Source: Dehalococcoidales bacterium
GTDB taxonomy: Bacteria; Chloroflexota; Dehalococcoidia; Dehalococcoidales; UBA5760
DNA length: 39,021 nucleotides
Assembly (NCBI GenBank): GCA_028717305.1
Contig: JAQUOC010000002.1
Location: 1-39,021 of the forward strand
Direction: 5' to 3'
Below, piece by piece: positions 1-8,966 of the stretch. How positions within the stretch are numbered: the stretch's first letter is position 1; the number at the start of each line of letters is the position of its first letter. The notes beneath the pieces were generated by a model. The model worked only from the letters and a program-made list of their open reading frames with translations. It was not told the DNA's origin and searched no databases. A program made the translations under genes and the position numbers.

Positions 1-1821
<1,821 letters not shown>

Positions 1822-1863
1822 TCACTGCTTTCCGGAGATTACATGTATAGCCTGCAAAATACT

Positions 1864-2442
1864 TTAGTAGTTTTCCGCCAGTAACTCGTAGTATGACTGA
1901 GCGTGCTTACAGGCCGGGCATTCCTTCGGTGCCTCGGGGCCTTCGTGGACGTATCCGCAGTTGGTGCAGTGCCATTTCACCGTAACCTTCTTTTTGAATA
2001 CCTCTCCTCCGGCCACGTTTTTGGCCAGCTTGCGGTAGCGGCCTTCGTGAAATTCCTCTACTTCCGCAATCTCCTTGAAGGAAGTGGCTATATCATTATA
2101 TCCCTCTTCTCGGGCGGTTTTTTCAAATCCGGCGTAGATGGTACTCCATTCCAGCTTCTCGCCATCGGCGGCAGCTTTCAGGTTTGTCAGCGTATCTCCG
2201 ATAATCCCTGCCGGGTAGGCGGCCGTGATCTCCAGGTCACCACCCTCGAGGTATTTGAAGAAAACCTCCGCGTGTTCTTTCTCGTTTCCGGCCGTCTCGG
2301 TAAAGATGTTGGCGATTTGCTCGTAACCCTCCTTGCGGGCGACGCTGGCGAAAAATGTATAGCGATTCCTTGCCTGGGATTCACCGGCAAACGCCTTCAA
2401 AAGGTTTTTCTCCGTCTGTGTTCCTTTAATTGATTTGACCAA
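1864..2442 (-). CDS. rbr: Rubrerythrin (diiron ferritin-like domain plus C-terminal rubredoxin-like domain)
   Basis: Translation shows TEKNLLKAFAGESQARNRYTFF, NEKEHAEVF and EVEEFHEGRY (diiron ligand helices), then CTNCGYVHEG...CPACKH. The track ATG at 2508 would overlap the upstream regulator gene by 41 nt and add 22 non-homologous residues. An in-frame TTG at 2442 with GGAGG 7 nt upstream gives the canonical N-terminus (L)VKSIKGTQTEKNLL. Confidence 0.9.
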   Translation of the reverse strand: MVKSIKGTQTEKNLLKAFAGESQARNRYTFFASVARKEGYEQIANIFTETAGNEKEHAEVFFKYLEGGDLEITAAYPAGIIGDTLTNLKAAADGEKLEWSTIYAGFEKTAREEGYNDIATSFKEIAEVEEFHEGRYRKLAKNVAGGEVFKKKVTVKWHCTNCGYVHEGPEAPKECPACKHAQSYYELLAENY

Positions 2443-2467
2443 TTTTATTCCTCCTTTACTTTCGTGA

Positions 2468-2851
2468 CTATTTGTGCTGACAGGTCTTACAGATGCCGCG
2501 GAACTCAAGCTGGTGAGACGAGACCATGAAGCCGGTTTTCCTGGCTATTGTTTCATTCAGTTCTTTGTGGACCGGTTCATCAAGATCAAAGATCTGACCG
2601 CATTCTGTGCACCTGAAGTGATAGTGATTATCCTGTCTGCCTTCGTATCTGCATACCGTACCGCTGAGATTCAGTTCCGCAATCTCCCCCATATCTTTCA
2701 GCACCTTGAGATTGCGGTATATCGTTCCTTTGCTGATATTGGGTATACTCTTCTTGACTTCCTCGTATATCCAATCAGCCGTAGGGTGTGAGCCGGCACG
2801 CCTGAGTACCTGTAATATGGCTTCTCTCTGTCTGGTCGCTCTTTGTATCAT
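2468..2851 (-). CDS. Fur-family metalloregulator, PerR-like by context
   Basis: 127 aa with a winged-helix N-terminal half (REAILQVLRRAGSHPTADWIYEEV...GTIYRNLKVL), a His-rich metal site (DNHYHFRC) and two CxxC pairs (CTEC, CKTC), as is typical of Fur/PerR/Zur. It sits directly upstream of rbr and katG on the same strand, which suggests a peroxide regulator. No Shine-Dalgarno sequence is visible before the ATG. Confidence 0.85.
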   Translation of the reverse strand: MIQRATRQREAILQVLRRAGSHPTADWIYEEVKKSIPNISKGTIYRNLKVLKDMGEIAELNLSGTVCRYEGRQDNHYHFRCTECGQIFDLDEPVHKELNETIARKTGFMVSSHQLEFRGICKTCQHK

Positions 2852-2863
2852 AATCGATAATAA

Positions 2864-2893
2864 ATCTTAATACTATTATTAGGATTCTGTCAA
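2864..2893 (-). promoter_or_regulatory. Candidate sigma70-type promoter of the perR-rbr(-katG) unit, overlapped by an AT-rich Fur/PerR-box-like palindrome
   Basis: The minus strand reads TTGACA (complement of 2888..2893), followed after 15-18 nt by TATTAA/TAAGAT. The palindrome TAATA-C-TATTA (2868..2878) lies over the -10 region. It resembles, without matching exactly, the 7-1-7 AT-rich Fur/PerR box class. Confidence 0.4.
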
Positions 2894-3050
2894 ACAGGCG
2901 ATAATAGACCACATATACAGGTAAAACTGGCAGTGAGTATCTTGATTAAGTAGTGAATGTTTCCCAGTTCGAATGCTCATTCAATAGCTTGTTGTATAAT
3001 AGGTTAGAGTAATTCTGTTGAAATAGTATTGATAGTATCAGGAAGTGAAA

Positions 3051-3428
3051 ATGGCCAGACGAATTATAATTCGAACCGGTTCTATTACAGCGGAAGCTGA
3101 ACTAATTGAAAATGCGACTGCTAACGCGATCTGGGAAGCGCTGCCGATAGATGGTGAAGTTAATATCTGGGGAGATGAAGTCTATTTCTTTATTCCGGTA
3201 TCGGTCGCTTCTGAGAATGGCCGGGAAGTAGTGGATGCCGGAGATATTGCATACTGGCCTCCGGGAAGAGCGTTCTGTATTTTCTTCGGTCCTACGCCAG
3301 CCAGCCGCAATGGTAGCGAAATTAGAGCAGCCAGTGCCGTGAACGTATTTGGTAAGCTTACCGGTGATCCGAAGGTCTTTTCTGCTGCCAGAGGCGGTCA
3401 GAAAATATCTGTTGGTAGAATAGGTTAG
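3051..3428 (+). CDS. Cyclophilin-like superfamily protein of unknown function
   Basis: The motifs NATANAIWEALP, WGDEVYFFIP and GDIAYWPPGRAFCIFFGPTP match the small cyclophilin-like fold family as I remember it. ATG 3051 is preferred over the track GTG 3045 because AGGAAG lies at 3041..3046. Confidence 0.7.
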   Translation: MARRIIIRTGSITAEAELIENATANAIWEALPIDGEVNIWGDEVYFFIPVSVASENGREVVDAGDIAYWPPGRAFCIFFGPTPASRNGSEIRAASAVNVFGKLTGDPKVFSAARGGQKISVGRIG

Positions 3429-3455
3429 TGTTGTCCGGATAGTAGAGACGGGTAA

Positions 3456-3929
3456 ATGAAAAGAAGCTTTGTATTGGTCTGCACGATATTCATAACGACT
3501 CTGGTGCTGTTAACGGGTTGCCACATCGATAAGACCGATGTGATCGGGGAGGTAACCTTTGATGATCTTTTCACCAGTCCGTCACAGTACGATGAAAAAG
3601 AAGTCGTTTTAGATGGCTATTACTTTGCCGGTTTCGAAACAATGGTGATAGCCGAGGGAATGAAGTATTCCGGTTACGCCGATGGTCATCTAATACCTGA
3701 TGGCAGATACGTCTGGGTTGAGGGTGGTCTGCCGATCGAAGTCTACGATCAACTCTACCGTCAGGATATGATGGGACCGGAAGAACGCTACGGTAAAGTT
3801 AGGATCACCGGCATATTTGAATACGGAGGTGCCTACGGGCACCTGGGTGGTTTTGACTGTCAGATTATACCCGGAGAAGTCGATCTGTTGCCATGGTCGC
3901 CGTCTATTCCTTTGCCTGCCGGAAGTTAA
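3456..3929 (+). CDS. Hypothetical lipoprotein
   Basis: N-terminus MKRSFVLVCTIFITTLVLLTGC has a signal peptide with the lipobox L-T-G-C. No recognisable catalytic motif. Confidence 0.7.
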   Translation: MKRSFVLVCTIFITTLVLLTGCHIDKTDVIGEVTFDDLFTSPSQYDEKEVVLDGYYFAGFETMVIAEGMKYSGYADGHLIPDGRYVWVEGGLPIEVYDQLYRQDMMGPEERYGKVRITGIFEYGGAYGHLGGFDCQIIPGEVDLLPWSPSIPLPAGS

Positions 3930-4041
3930 GGCTGTCTTAATCGTGTCCCTAACCTAAAGGAGCTTCACTAATGTGTACAGGCCACGATATACGAGGATAT
4001 CCCTGCCAAAGAAGCTAGGCCTTCTTCAAGAGATTGGCGCC

Positions 4042-5106
4042 CTATAACCACTTCTTTCTCTTGAAATAGAATGCCAGAGCGGTGGCGATAGCAGCCATTA
4101 CGATTAAAACCAGGGGGTAACCCCAATGCCATTTAAGCTCCGGCATGAATTCAAAGTTCATCCCGTAAATGCCAGCCACGAAGGTCAGCGGTATGAATAT
4201 CGAGGCGAAGATGGTCAGCACCTTCATTACCTCATTCATTTTATTGCTTACGCTGGAGAGGTAAATATCCAGCATGCCGGATAGCATGTCCCGGAGGGTC
4301 TCTACGGTATCGATAATCTGAATGGTATGGTCGTAAACATCTCTGAGGTATAATTGTGTGGATTGCTGTATCAGGCTTGATTCTCCCCTTTGCAGGCCGC
4401 TGACGACTTCTCTCAACGGCCATAATGACTTGCGCAGGAACAGCATTTCGTTCTTCAGGGTGCGTATTTTGTGTAGCATTTTCGTGGTAGGGTTGCTTGC
4501 CAGCTCTGCTTCTATATCCTCTATCTCCTCCCCGAGGGTCTCCAGTACTATGAAATAATTGTCAACTATGGCATCAATCAGCATGTAGGCGAGATAATCG
4601 GCGCCGGCTTTTCTGATACGTCCCTTTCCCTTTCTGATTCTCTCTCTAATCGTGCCGAATATGTCGCCCTCACGCTCCTGGAAAGATATCACGAAGTTCG
4701 GACCGAGAATCAGGCTGACCTGTTCTGCTTCTATTTTGTGGTCCTCATCAGCATAGCTCAGCATCTTCAGGACCAGAAAAAGACAGTCGCCGAAGTCTTC
4801 CATCTTCGGTCGCTGTCCTGTGTTGACGATGTCTTCCAGCAAAAGGGGGTGCAGGTTGAACTGCTGGCCTATTTTCTCGATAACCTCTGTCTCGTGGATG
4901 CCATCTATGTTGATCCAGGTGGTGGTTGGCTTATCTTTGTAGGGAAGGCATTCCTCGACTGTACTTGCTTCGGTCTCTTCTAAATTAAACTCGTCGTAGT
5001 CGATTATGTTGATGCGGACCTTGCCGATCTTTCTTTCGCCGATATGCACCAGAGTGCCCGGGGGAAGTCCCGCCTTTTGGGATGTTTTCTTAATCAGTCT
5101 TGACAT
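4042..5106 (-). CDS. corA: CorA-family Mg2+/Co2+ transporter
   Basis: 354 aa with a large soluble N-terminal domain, two C-terminal TM helices and the signature YGMNF (GMN motif) between them. The protein ends in a basic KRKKWL tail. Confidence 0.93.
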   Translation of the reverse strand: MSRLIKKTSQKAGLPPGTLVHIGERKIGKVRINIIDYDEFNLEETEASTVEECLPYKDKPTTTWINIDGIHETEVIEKIGQQFNLHPLLLEDIVNTGQRPKMEDFGDCLFLVLKMLSYADEDHKIEAEQVSLILGPNFVISFQEREGDIFGTIRERIRKGKGRIRKAGADYLAYMLIDAIVDNYFIVLETLGEEIEDIEAELASNPTTKMLHKIRTLKNEMLFLRKSLWPLREVVSGLQRGESSLIQQSTQLYLRDVYDHTIQIIDTVETLRDMLSGMLDIYLSSVSNKMNEVMKVLTIFASIFIPLTFVAGIYGMNFEFMPELKWHWGYPLVLIVMAAIATALAFYFKRKKWL

Positions 5107-5202
5107 TTTGGCTCACCTTAATCAAATTATAGCTATTCCCTCAATACTTAAGAGACACTTTCACAGCTAAGAATCGATAACAGAAGCTATGTTTGGGGAG
5201 TA

Positions 5203-5231
5203 ATACTACGCTGATATTTTGAGCTTGTCAA
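5203..5231 (-). promoter_or_regulatory. Candidate sigma70 promoter for corA
   Basis: The minus strand reads TTGACA (complement of 5226..5231), a 17-nt spacer, then TAGTAT (complement of 5203..5208). It lies about 95 nt upstream of the corA ATG. Confidence 0.45.
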
Positions 5232-5386
5232 GCATTTCGTAGGTGTCGCGATGTGCTGAAATAACGGGAAAACATAACTGTTGGGATCTGGCTTGATTAT
5301 AGAACGAAGTATGTGTTAAGGTGGCAGCACGATCAATTGGTTCTGAAGGGGAAATTCCCGTTACCTGATTAAAAGGAGATGGAAAG

Positions 5387-6322
5387 ATGATTGCACTGCT
5401 TGTTATCGGTATTATTGTTGCTTCTGTCGGTCTGTATTTCTGGAGAAGACGCGGAGTTGATTTTGATAACCAGCACAGGGGCAAAATTGCCAGTATTATC
5501 GGGCTTGTTATTATCATTTCCAGTATTATCGGCAGCTCACTGGTGACTGTGCCGGCCGGTCATCGTGGTGTAGTGACCAGATTTGGTGCCGTTACCGGCA
5601 CGATCCTGGAAGAAGGCTTACAGGCGAAACTGCCGTTTATCGAGTCGGTAATCAAAATGTCGGTACAGACCGAGAAATATGAGGCTGGTGCCGCTGCCGC
5701 GTCCCTTGACCTTCAGGACGTGAGAACGACTATTGCCCTTAACTGGCGCCTGCAGCCGGAGGCGACTGCTGAAATTTACCGGACACTGGGGTTGGGCTAC
5801 ATCGATAGAATCGCTGCTCCTGCTGTCCAGGAAACTGTAAAGCAGGTAACCGCTAAATACAATGCGGAGGACCTCATCTTGAGGCGTGATGAGGTTAAGT
5901 CTGCGATTGAGCAGAGCCTGTCGACCCGGCTGCTGCAGAGAGGTATCATCAGTGAGGCAGTATCGATAACGGAGTTCCAGTTTAGCGATACTTTCGTTGC
6001 TGCTATCGAAGCTAAAGTGGCTGCAGAGCAGGCGGTGCGGGAGGCGAGGAACAAGTTAGAACGGGTGAAGGTTGAGGCTGAACAGGCAGAGGCCCAGGCA
6101 ATGGGAGAAGCCGCCGCGCGGATAGCGAAGGCTGAAGGCGAAGCCGAGTACATTCGCATTGTCACCGATGCCCAGGTTGCTGCCAATGCCGCTATTGCCG
6201 AGTCTCTATCACCCGAAGTGTTACAGTATATCTTTCTCGACAGACTTGGTGAAGATATTAAGGTAATTGTGATACCTTCGGAGCAGGGTCTTGACCTGGT
6301 CATTCCTGAGGTGACGCCGTAG
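5387..6322 (+). CDS. SPFH/band-7 (prohibitin-like) membrane protein
   Basis: N-terminal TM segments are followed by VPAGHRGVVTRFGAV...LPFIESV...TTIALNWRL, then a long Ala/Glu-rich coiled coil (AEQAVREARNKLERVKVEAEQAEAQA) typical of prohibitin/HflKC-type SPFH proteins. AGGAGA lies upstream of the ATG. Confidence 0.88.
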   Translation: MIALLVIGIIVASVGLYFWRRRGVDFDNQHRGKIASIIGLVIIISSIIGSSLVTVPAGHRGVVTRFGAVTGTILEEGLQAKLPFIESVIKMSVQTEKYEAGAAAASLDLQDVRTTIALNWRLQPEATAEIYRTLGLGYIDRIAAPAVQETVKQVTAKYNAEDLILRRDEVKSAIEQSLSTRLLQRGIISEAVSITEFQFSDTFVAAIEAKVAAEQAVREARNKLERVKVEAEQAEAQAMGEAAARIAKAEGEAEYIRIVTDAQVAANAAIAESLSPEVLQYIFLDRLGEDIKVIVIPSEQGLDLVIPEVTP

Positions 6323-6378
6323 GTGAGGGACTTTTAGAGTATTCGTAGAATTATGCAAGCAATCGAGAGCCAAATCAG

Positions 6379-6455
6379 TGGTGGGCAGTAGAGGACTCGA
6401 ACCTCTGACCTCCTGCGTGTAAAGCAGGCGCTCTAACCAGCTGAGCTAACCGCCC
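6379..6455 (-). tRNA. tRNA-Val (anticodon TAC), CCA encoded
   Basis: The reverse complement folds as a cloverleaf: GGGCGGT TA GCTC AGCTGGTTA GAGC G CCTGC TTTACAC GCAGG AGGTC AGAGG TTCGAGT CCTCT ACTGCCC A CCA. That is 77 nt with anticodon-loop positions 34-36 = TAC. Confidence 0.93.
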
Positions 6456-6463
6456 ATAAATAG

Positions 6464-6537
6464 CGCGCTTGGCGGGGCTCGAACCCACGGCCTCAGCCTC
6501 CGCAGGGCTGCGCTCTATCCAACTGAGCTACAAGCGC
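6464..6537 (-). tRNA. tRNA-Arg (anticodon GCG), no encoded CCA
   Basis: Reverse complement: GCGCTTG TA GCTC AGTTGGATA GAGC G CAGCC CTGCGGA GGCTG AGGCC GTGGG TTCGAGC CCCGC CAAGCGC G. That is 74 nt with anticodon loop CTGCGGA, giving G34-C35-G36. Confidence 0.9.
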
Positions 6538-6549
6538 TTAATCAATAAA

Positions 6550-6633
6550 TGCCGAAGGTGAGATTTGAACTCACACGCCCTTTTGGGACACTACGCCCTG
6601 AACGTAGCGCGTCTGCCATTCCGCCACTTCGGC
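6550..6633 (-). tRNA. tRNA-Leu (anticodon CAG), long variable arm, no encoded CCA
   Basis: Reverse complement: GCCGAAG TG GCGGAATGGCAGACGCG CTACG TTCAGGG CGTAG, a long variable arm TGTCCCAAAAGGGCG, then TGTGAG TTCAAAT CTCAC CTTCGGC A. That is 84 nt. Confidence 0.9.
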
Positions 6634-6634
6634 A

Positions 6635-6710
6635 TGGTGGGCGGTACTGGATTTGAACCGGTGACCTCTTGCGTGTGAAGCAAGCGCTCTAACCGCTGAG
6701 CTAACCGCCC
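6635..6710 (-). tRNA. tRNA-Val (anticodon CAC), CCA encoded
   Basis: Reverse complement: GGGCGGT TA GCTC AGCGGTTA GAGC G CTTGC TTCACAC GCAAG AGGTC ACCGG TTCAAAT CCAGT ACCGCCC A CCA. That is 76 nt with one C-A mismatch in the T stem. It is separated from tRNA-Leu by a single nucleotide. Confidence 0.9.
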
Positions 6711-6824
6711 GAAATTGCAGCTGACTTGTCCTCAAATCCGGACGGAAATTTACTAAAGCAAGAGGTCTTTCCTGTTTTGTTCCGCCGGGAAAATCCCATC
6801 CCTCCAGCCTCGCTCTTGATTTGT

Positions 6825-6853
6825 ATTATATATGATTAGTATTCCGGATTCAA
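6825..6853 (-). promoter_or_regulatory. Candidate sigma70 promoter for the four-tRNA cluster
   Basis: The minus strand reads TTGAAT (complement of 6848..6853), a 17-nt spacer, then TATAAT (complement of 6825..6830). It lies about 115 nt upstream of the first tRNA (Val-CAC). Confidence 0.4.
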
Positions 6854-7054
6854 CCGGCAGCGAGTCTCAGGAAGCTCTCAACTGACACCGTGGTCCCCTC
6901 CGCCTAAACGTTTCCTAAACAACCTTAAAATAACCGGAAAAACAGTAGATATCAGGATAGCGCGGTAGTAAAATGTCTATCAGTGGTCTATTCGGCCATG
7001 GTCGCCGGCAAACCGGCTCTCTGATATGGGAAAGAAGAGGCAACTGGTGGTTTC

Positions 7055-7186
7055 ATGACGGACACTAATACTACTGTATGCGTAATTGGTCTGGGTTATG
7101 TCGGCCTGCCCCTGGCGGAAGCGTTCTCCAAACACTTGAATGTAATCGGCTTTGATGTTGATGGCAAGAAGCTGACTTTATATTGA
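7055..7186 (+). pseudogene. 5' stump (43 codons) of a nucleotide-sugar dehydrogenase of the UDP-glucose/GDP-mannose dehydrogenase family, truncated at the IS110 element
   Basis: The ORF translates as MTDTNTTVCVIGLGYVGLPLAEAFSKHLNVIGFDVDGKKLTLY*. The GxGYVG Rossmann N-terminus and the VIGFDxD motif are characteristic of 400-450-aa TviB/WbpO/Ugd-type enzymes. The frame stops after 43 codons, and no continuation is found downstream of the IS at 8851..8966. Confidence 0.8.
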
Positions 7187-7626
7187 ACACTTTGAAGCTA
7201 AACCGGTGGGGCGCTACTGTGCGATAGACAGAAACTTTCAACTAGCTTGTGCACTTACAATATAACCCTGGGTTTAGTTCCGGCAAGGCGGCGGTGGTGA
7301 ATCGAGTCACGCTCGTAGTTGCTATTAGTAGGTAAGTCATCTCCCGATGAATTGTTAAATAAAGAATCAGTGTCTAGGGAAACGACTCAGTAGAATTATT
7401 ACCGAAGCGAGTCGGCGGGGCAGACTGACTCCGGAAACATTTATGGTCAAAGCCCATGAGCATGCTAATACTACCTATGCAAACGGGGGGAAGGCCAATC
7501 TAAATAGTGGAGAAGAGACCGAGACAGTGGTAAGAGACCAATCTTCTGGTTAGCCTCATTCAAGGCCTTGCTGTATAATGGTCGCACTGTCCAGGATGTC
7601 TGCCCCGCTAATAGGAGTTCTTTGAT
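7187..7626 (+). ncRNA. Candidate bridge/guide RNA locus in the IS110 5' non-coding flank; transcript ends unknown
   Basis: There is no credible ORF on either strand. Several complementary segments are present: CTAAACC 7198..7204 with GGTTTAG 7271..7277, and CGACTC 7383..7388 with GAGTCG 7409..7414, where GAGTC can alternatively pair with GACTC 7427..7431. The assignment rests on position by analogy with IS621-type elements, not on a verified fold. Confidence 0.3.
7506..7539 (+). repeat. Imperfect direct repeat AGTGG-n(1-2)-AAGAGACC, two copies with a 20-nt period, inside the IS 5' flank
   Basis: Copy 1 is AGTGGAGAAGAGACC (7506..7520) and copy 2 is AGTGGTAAGAGACC (7526..7539). They lie about 90-120 nt upstream of the transposase start. 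A TATAAT hexamer follows at 7574..7579. Confidence 0.6.
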
Positions 7627-8850
7627 GTGGTAAACGTTGATCAGATGGTCTACGTCGGTATCGACATTCATAGTAGGAAACACATTGTAGGTATCATTAC
7701 TAGTACTCTATTGGAGCATGAAGGCACGGCGTGGCAAAATGCAGAAACCTTCATTATTGAGAATACGATTGAAGATTACCAATACCTTGATGCTGCCATC
7801 AAGGCATATGCACCAAGTCATGAGAATGTAGCTATTGCTGTTGATCATACAGGGGGTCACTATTCGGAGCCTATTATCCACTTCTTAGTCGAGCAAGGCT
7901 ATCGGGTATGTTATTTAGAAACAAAAGCGGTCAAGGCCATAAGAGAACGATTCCTCGATCAAGTGAACAAAACCGATAATATTGATGCTATTGGTGCTGC
8001 ATATATACTTTATCTTAGAGATACACACGAGATATCATTTCGTATCGTACCAGTATCACCACAACTGAATTCGACGGCTGCCCTTTTTCGCTCTCTCATA
8101 TTGGAGAGGCAACGGTATATTAAGATGGCTTTGCAGGCAACGAACAGACTACATAACTTCCTACTGGCCGTTTTCCCTGAAGGGGAGGCAAAGTATTTTA
8201 GACAACTGATAAGAATTGCTGATAGATACCCAACTCCCGAGCACATCTTAAACAGTGATGGACTTAAGGAAATCAAAAGACTACGTAAAGCAAATAAGGA
8301 GTCAATATTGGCACTTGCTAGCAAAACAGTAGGTGTCCCCGGTAAGACATATGAGCGTGTAATAAGGGCACTTATTGCACAAAGAAAAGAGTGCTTAGAA
8401 CAATGTGATTTTGTAGACTCGGTGATAAAAGACGAATTATTGGGGCACCCCTATGGCCACATTCTATTGTCGTTCCCACAAATTGGAGAGGTCAGTGCCG
8501 CCACTCTAATCAGTATTGTACAAGACATAGAAAAATGGCCGACCAAACAGAAGCTCAAGAAAGCTCTTGGTGTCTATGGTAGAATATCACAATCAGGCAA
8601 CCGGAAGGGAAAGGCTAAACAGGGGAAAGAGGGGAGTAGGCACGGCCGACGTGTTCTTTTTCAAATATGCCTTGGCAGCGCCTCATCACATAGCCGCGAC
8701 AGTGATTTCAGAGATTTTTATCTGCGTCAGGTAGCACGTGGCAAACCACGAAAGAAAGCACTAGTGAGCACCATGGGTAAGCTGGCTGAGATAATCTATC
8801 ATTGTCTACAATCAGGAGAAGAATATGTCTATCAAGGAATATACAGGTAA
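7627..8850 (+). CDS. IS110-family transposase/recombinase (DEDD RuvC-like N-domain plus Transposase_20-type C-domain)
   Basis: YVGIDIH carries the first catalytic Asp. It is followed by AIAVDHTGGHYSEP and NKTDNIDAIGAAYI, then a C-terminal FPQIGEVSAATLISIVQDI...GVYGRISQSGNRKGK region with the conserved Ser. This architecture is typical of IS110/IS1111 enzymes. The GTG start at 7627 has AGGAG at 7612..7616. ATG 7645 is an alternative start. Confidence 0.92.
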   Translation: MVNVDQMVYVGIDIHSRKHIVGIITSTLLEHEGTAWQNAETFIIENTIEDYQYLDAAIKAYAPSHENVAIAVDHTGGHYSEPIIHFLVEQGYRVCYLETKAVKAIRERFLDQVNKTDNIDAIGAAYILYLRDTHEISFRIVPVSPQLNSTAALFRSLILERQRYIKMALQATNRLHNFLLAVFPEGEAKYFRQLIRIADRYPTPEHILNSDGLKEIKRLRKANKESILALASKTVGVPGKTYERVIRALIAQRKECLEQCDFVDSVIKDELLGHPYGHILLSFPQIGEVSAATLISIVQDIEKWPTKQKLKKALGVYGRISQSGNRKGKAKQGKEGSRHGRRVLFQICLGSASSHSRDSDFRDFYLRQVARGKPRKKALVSTMGKLAEIIYHCLQSGEEYVYQGIYR

Positions 8851-8966
8851 TATTTGGTAATATGGTAGCCCTTTATTCTATATTTTGACCCTGGTGAGAT
8901 ATGCCGGGCTGATTATGGTACTATAGCTGCGACAGCAGTTTGAACATCTTACTCGTCAATACTATG

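Larger units (their letters stand above)
7179..8946 (+). mobile_element. IS110-family insertion sequence, boundaries approximate
   Basis: There is a single DEDD-type transposase gene with a long 5' non-coding flank (about 440 nt) and a short 3' flank, and no obvious terminal inverted repeats, as expected for the IS110 group. The left limit is inferred from the point where the dehydrogenase reading frame collapses. The right limit must lie before the wzx stop at 8967. Short repeats at candidate junctions are TATATT (7179..7184 and 8879..8884) and TTGAACA (7183..7189 and 8940..8946). Confidence 0.75.

Noticed and set aside
5107-5386. Possible M-box (Mg) riboswitch in the corA / SPFH divergent region; GTTAAGGTGGCAGC vaguely resembles the M-box GUUAGGUGAGGC core
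   Set aside because: The resemblance is on the + strand, which faces the SPFH gene and not corA. It is a single short segment, and the other conserved M-box helices could not be found. The corA leader is only about 90 nt.
5206-5517. 103-aa minus-strand ORF spanning the corA promoter region and the SPFH gene start
   Set aside because: It overlaps the well-supported SPFH CDS and the promoter. It has no RBS and a low-complexity product.
6711-7054. Integrase gene or a tRNA-derived direct repeat (att site) that would mark a classical tRNA-targeted genomic island
   Set aside because: No integrase ORF is present. I found no copy of the tRNA 3' ends near the AT-rich block's right border at about 17.46 kb. 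The block lies on the 5' side of the tRNA genes, which is the wrong side for typical integrase-mediated insertion.
7471-7683. 70-aa minus-strand ORF inside the IS 5' flank
   Set aside because: It overlaps the transposase start in antisense, has no RBS and has no protein-like features. It is most likely spurious.
8851-8966. Search for the 3' remainder of the truncated dehydrogenase downstream of the IS
   Set aside because: All three + frames contain stops or give short unrelated peptides (for example DPGEICRADYGTIAATAV*). There is no recognisable dehydrogenase C-terminal motif.
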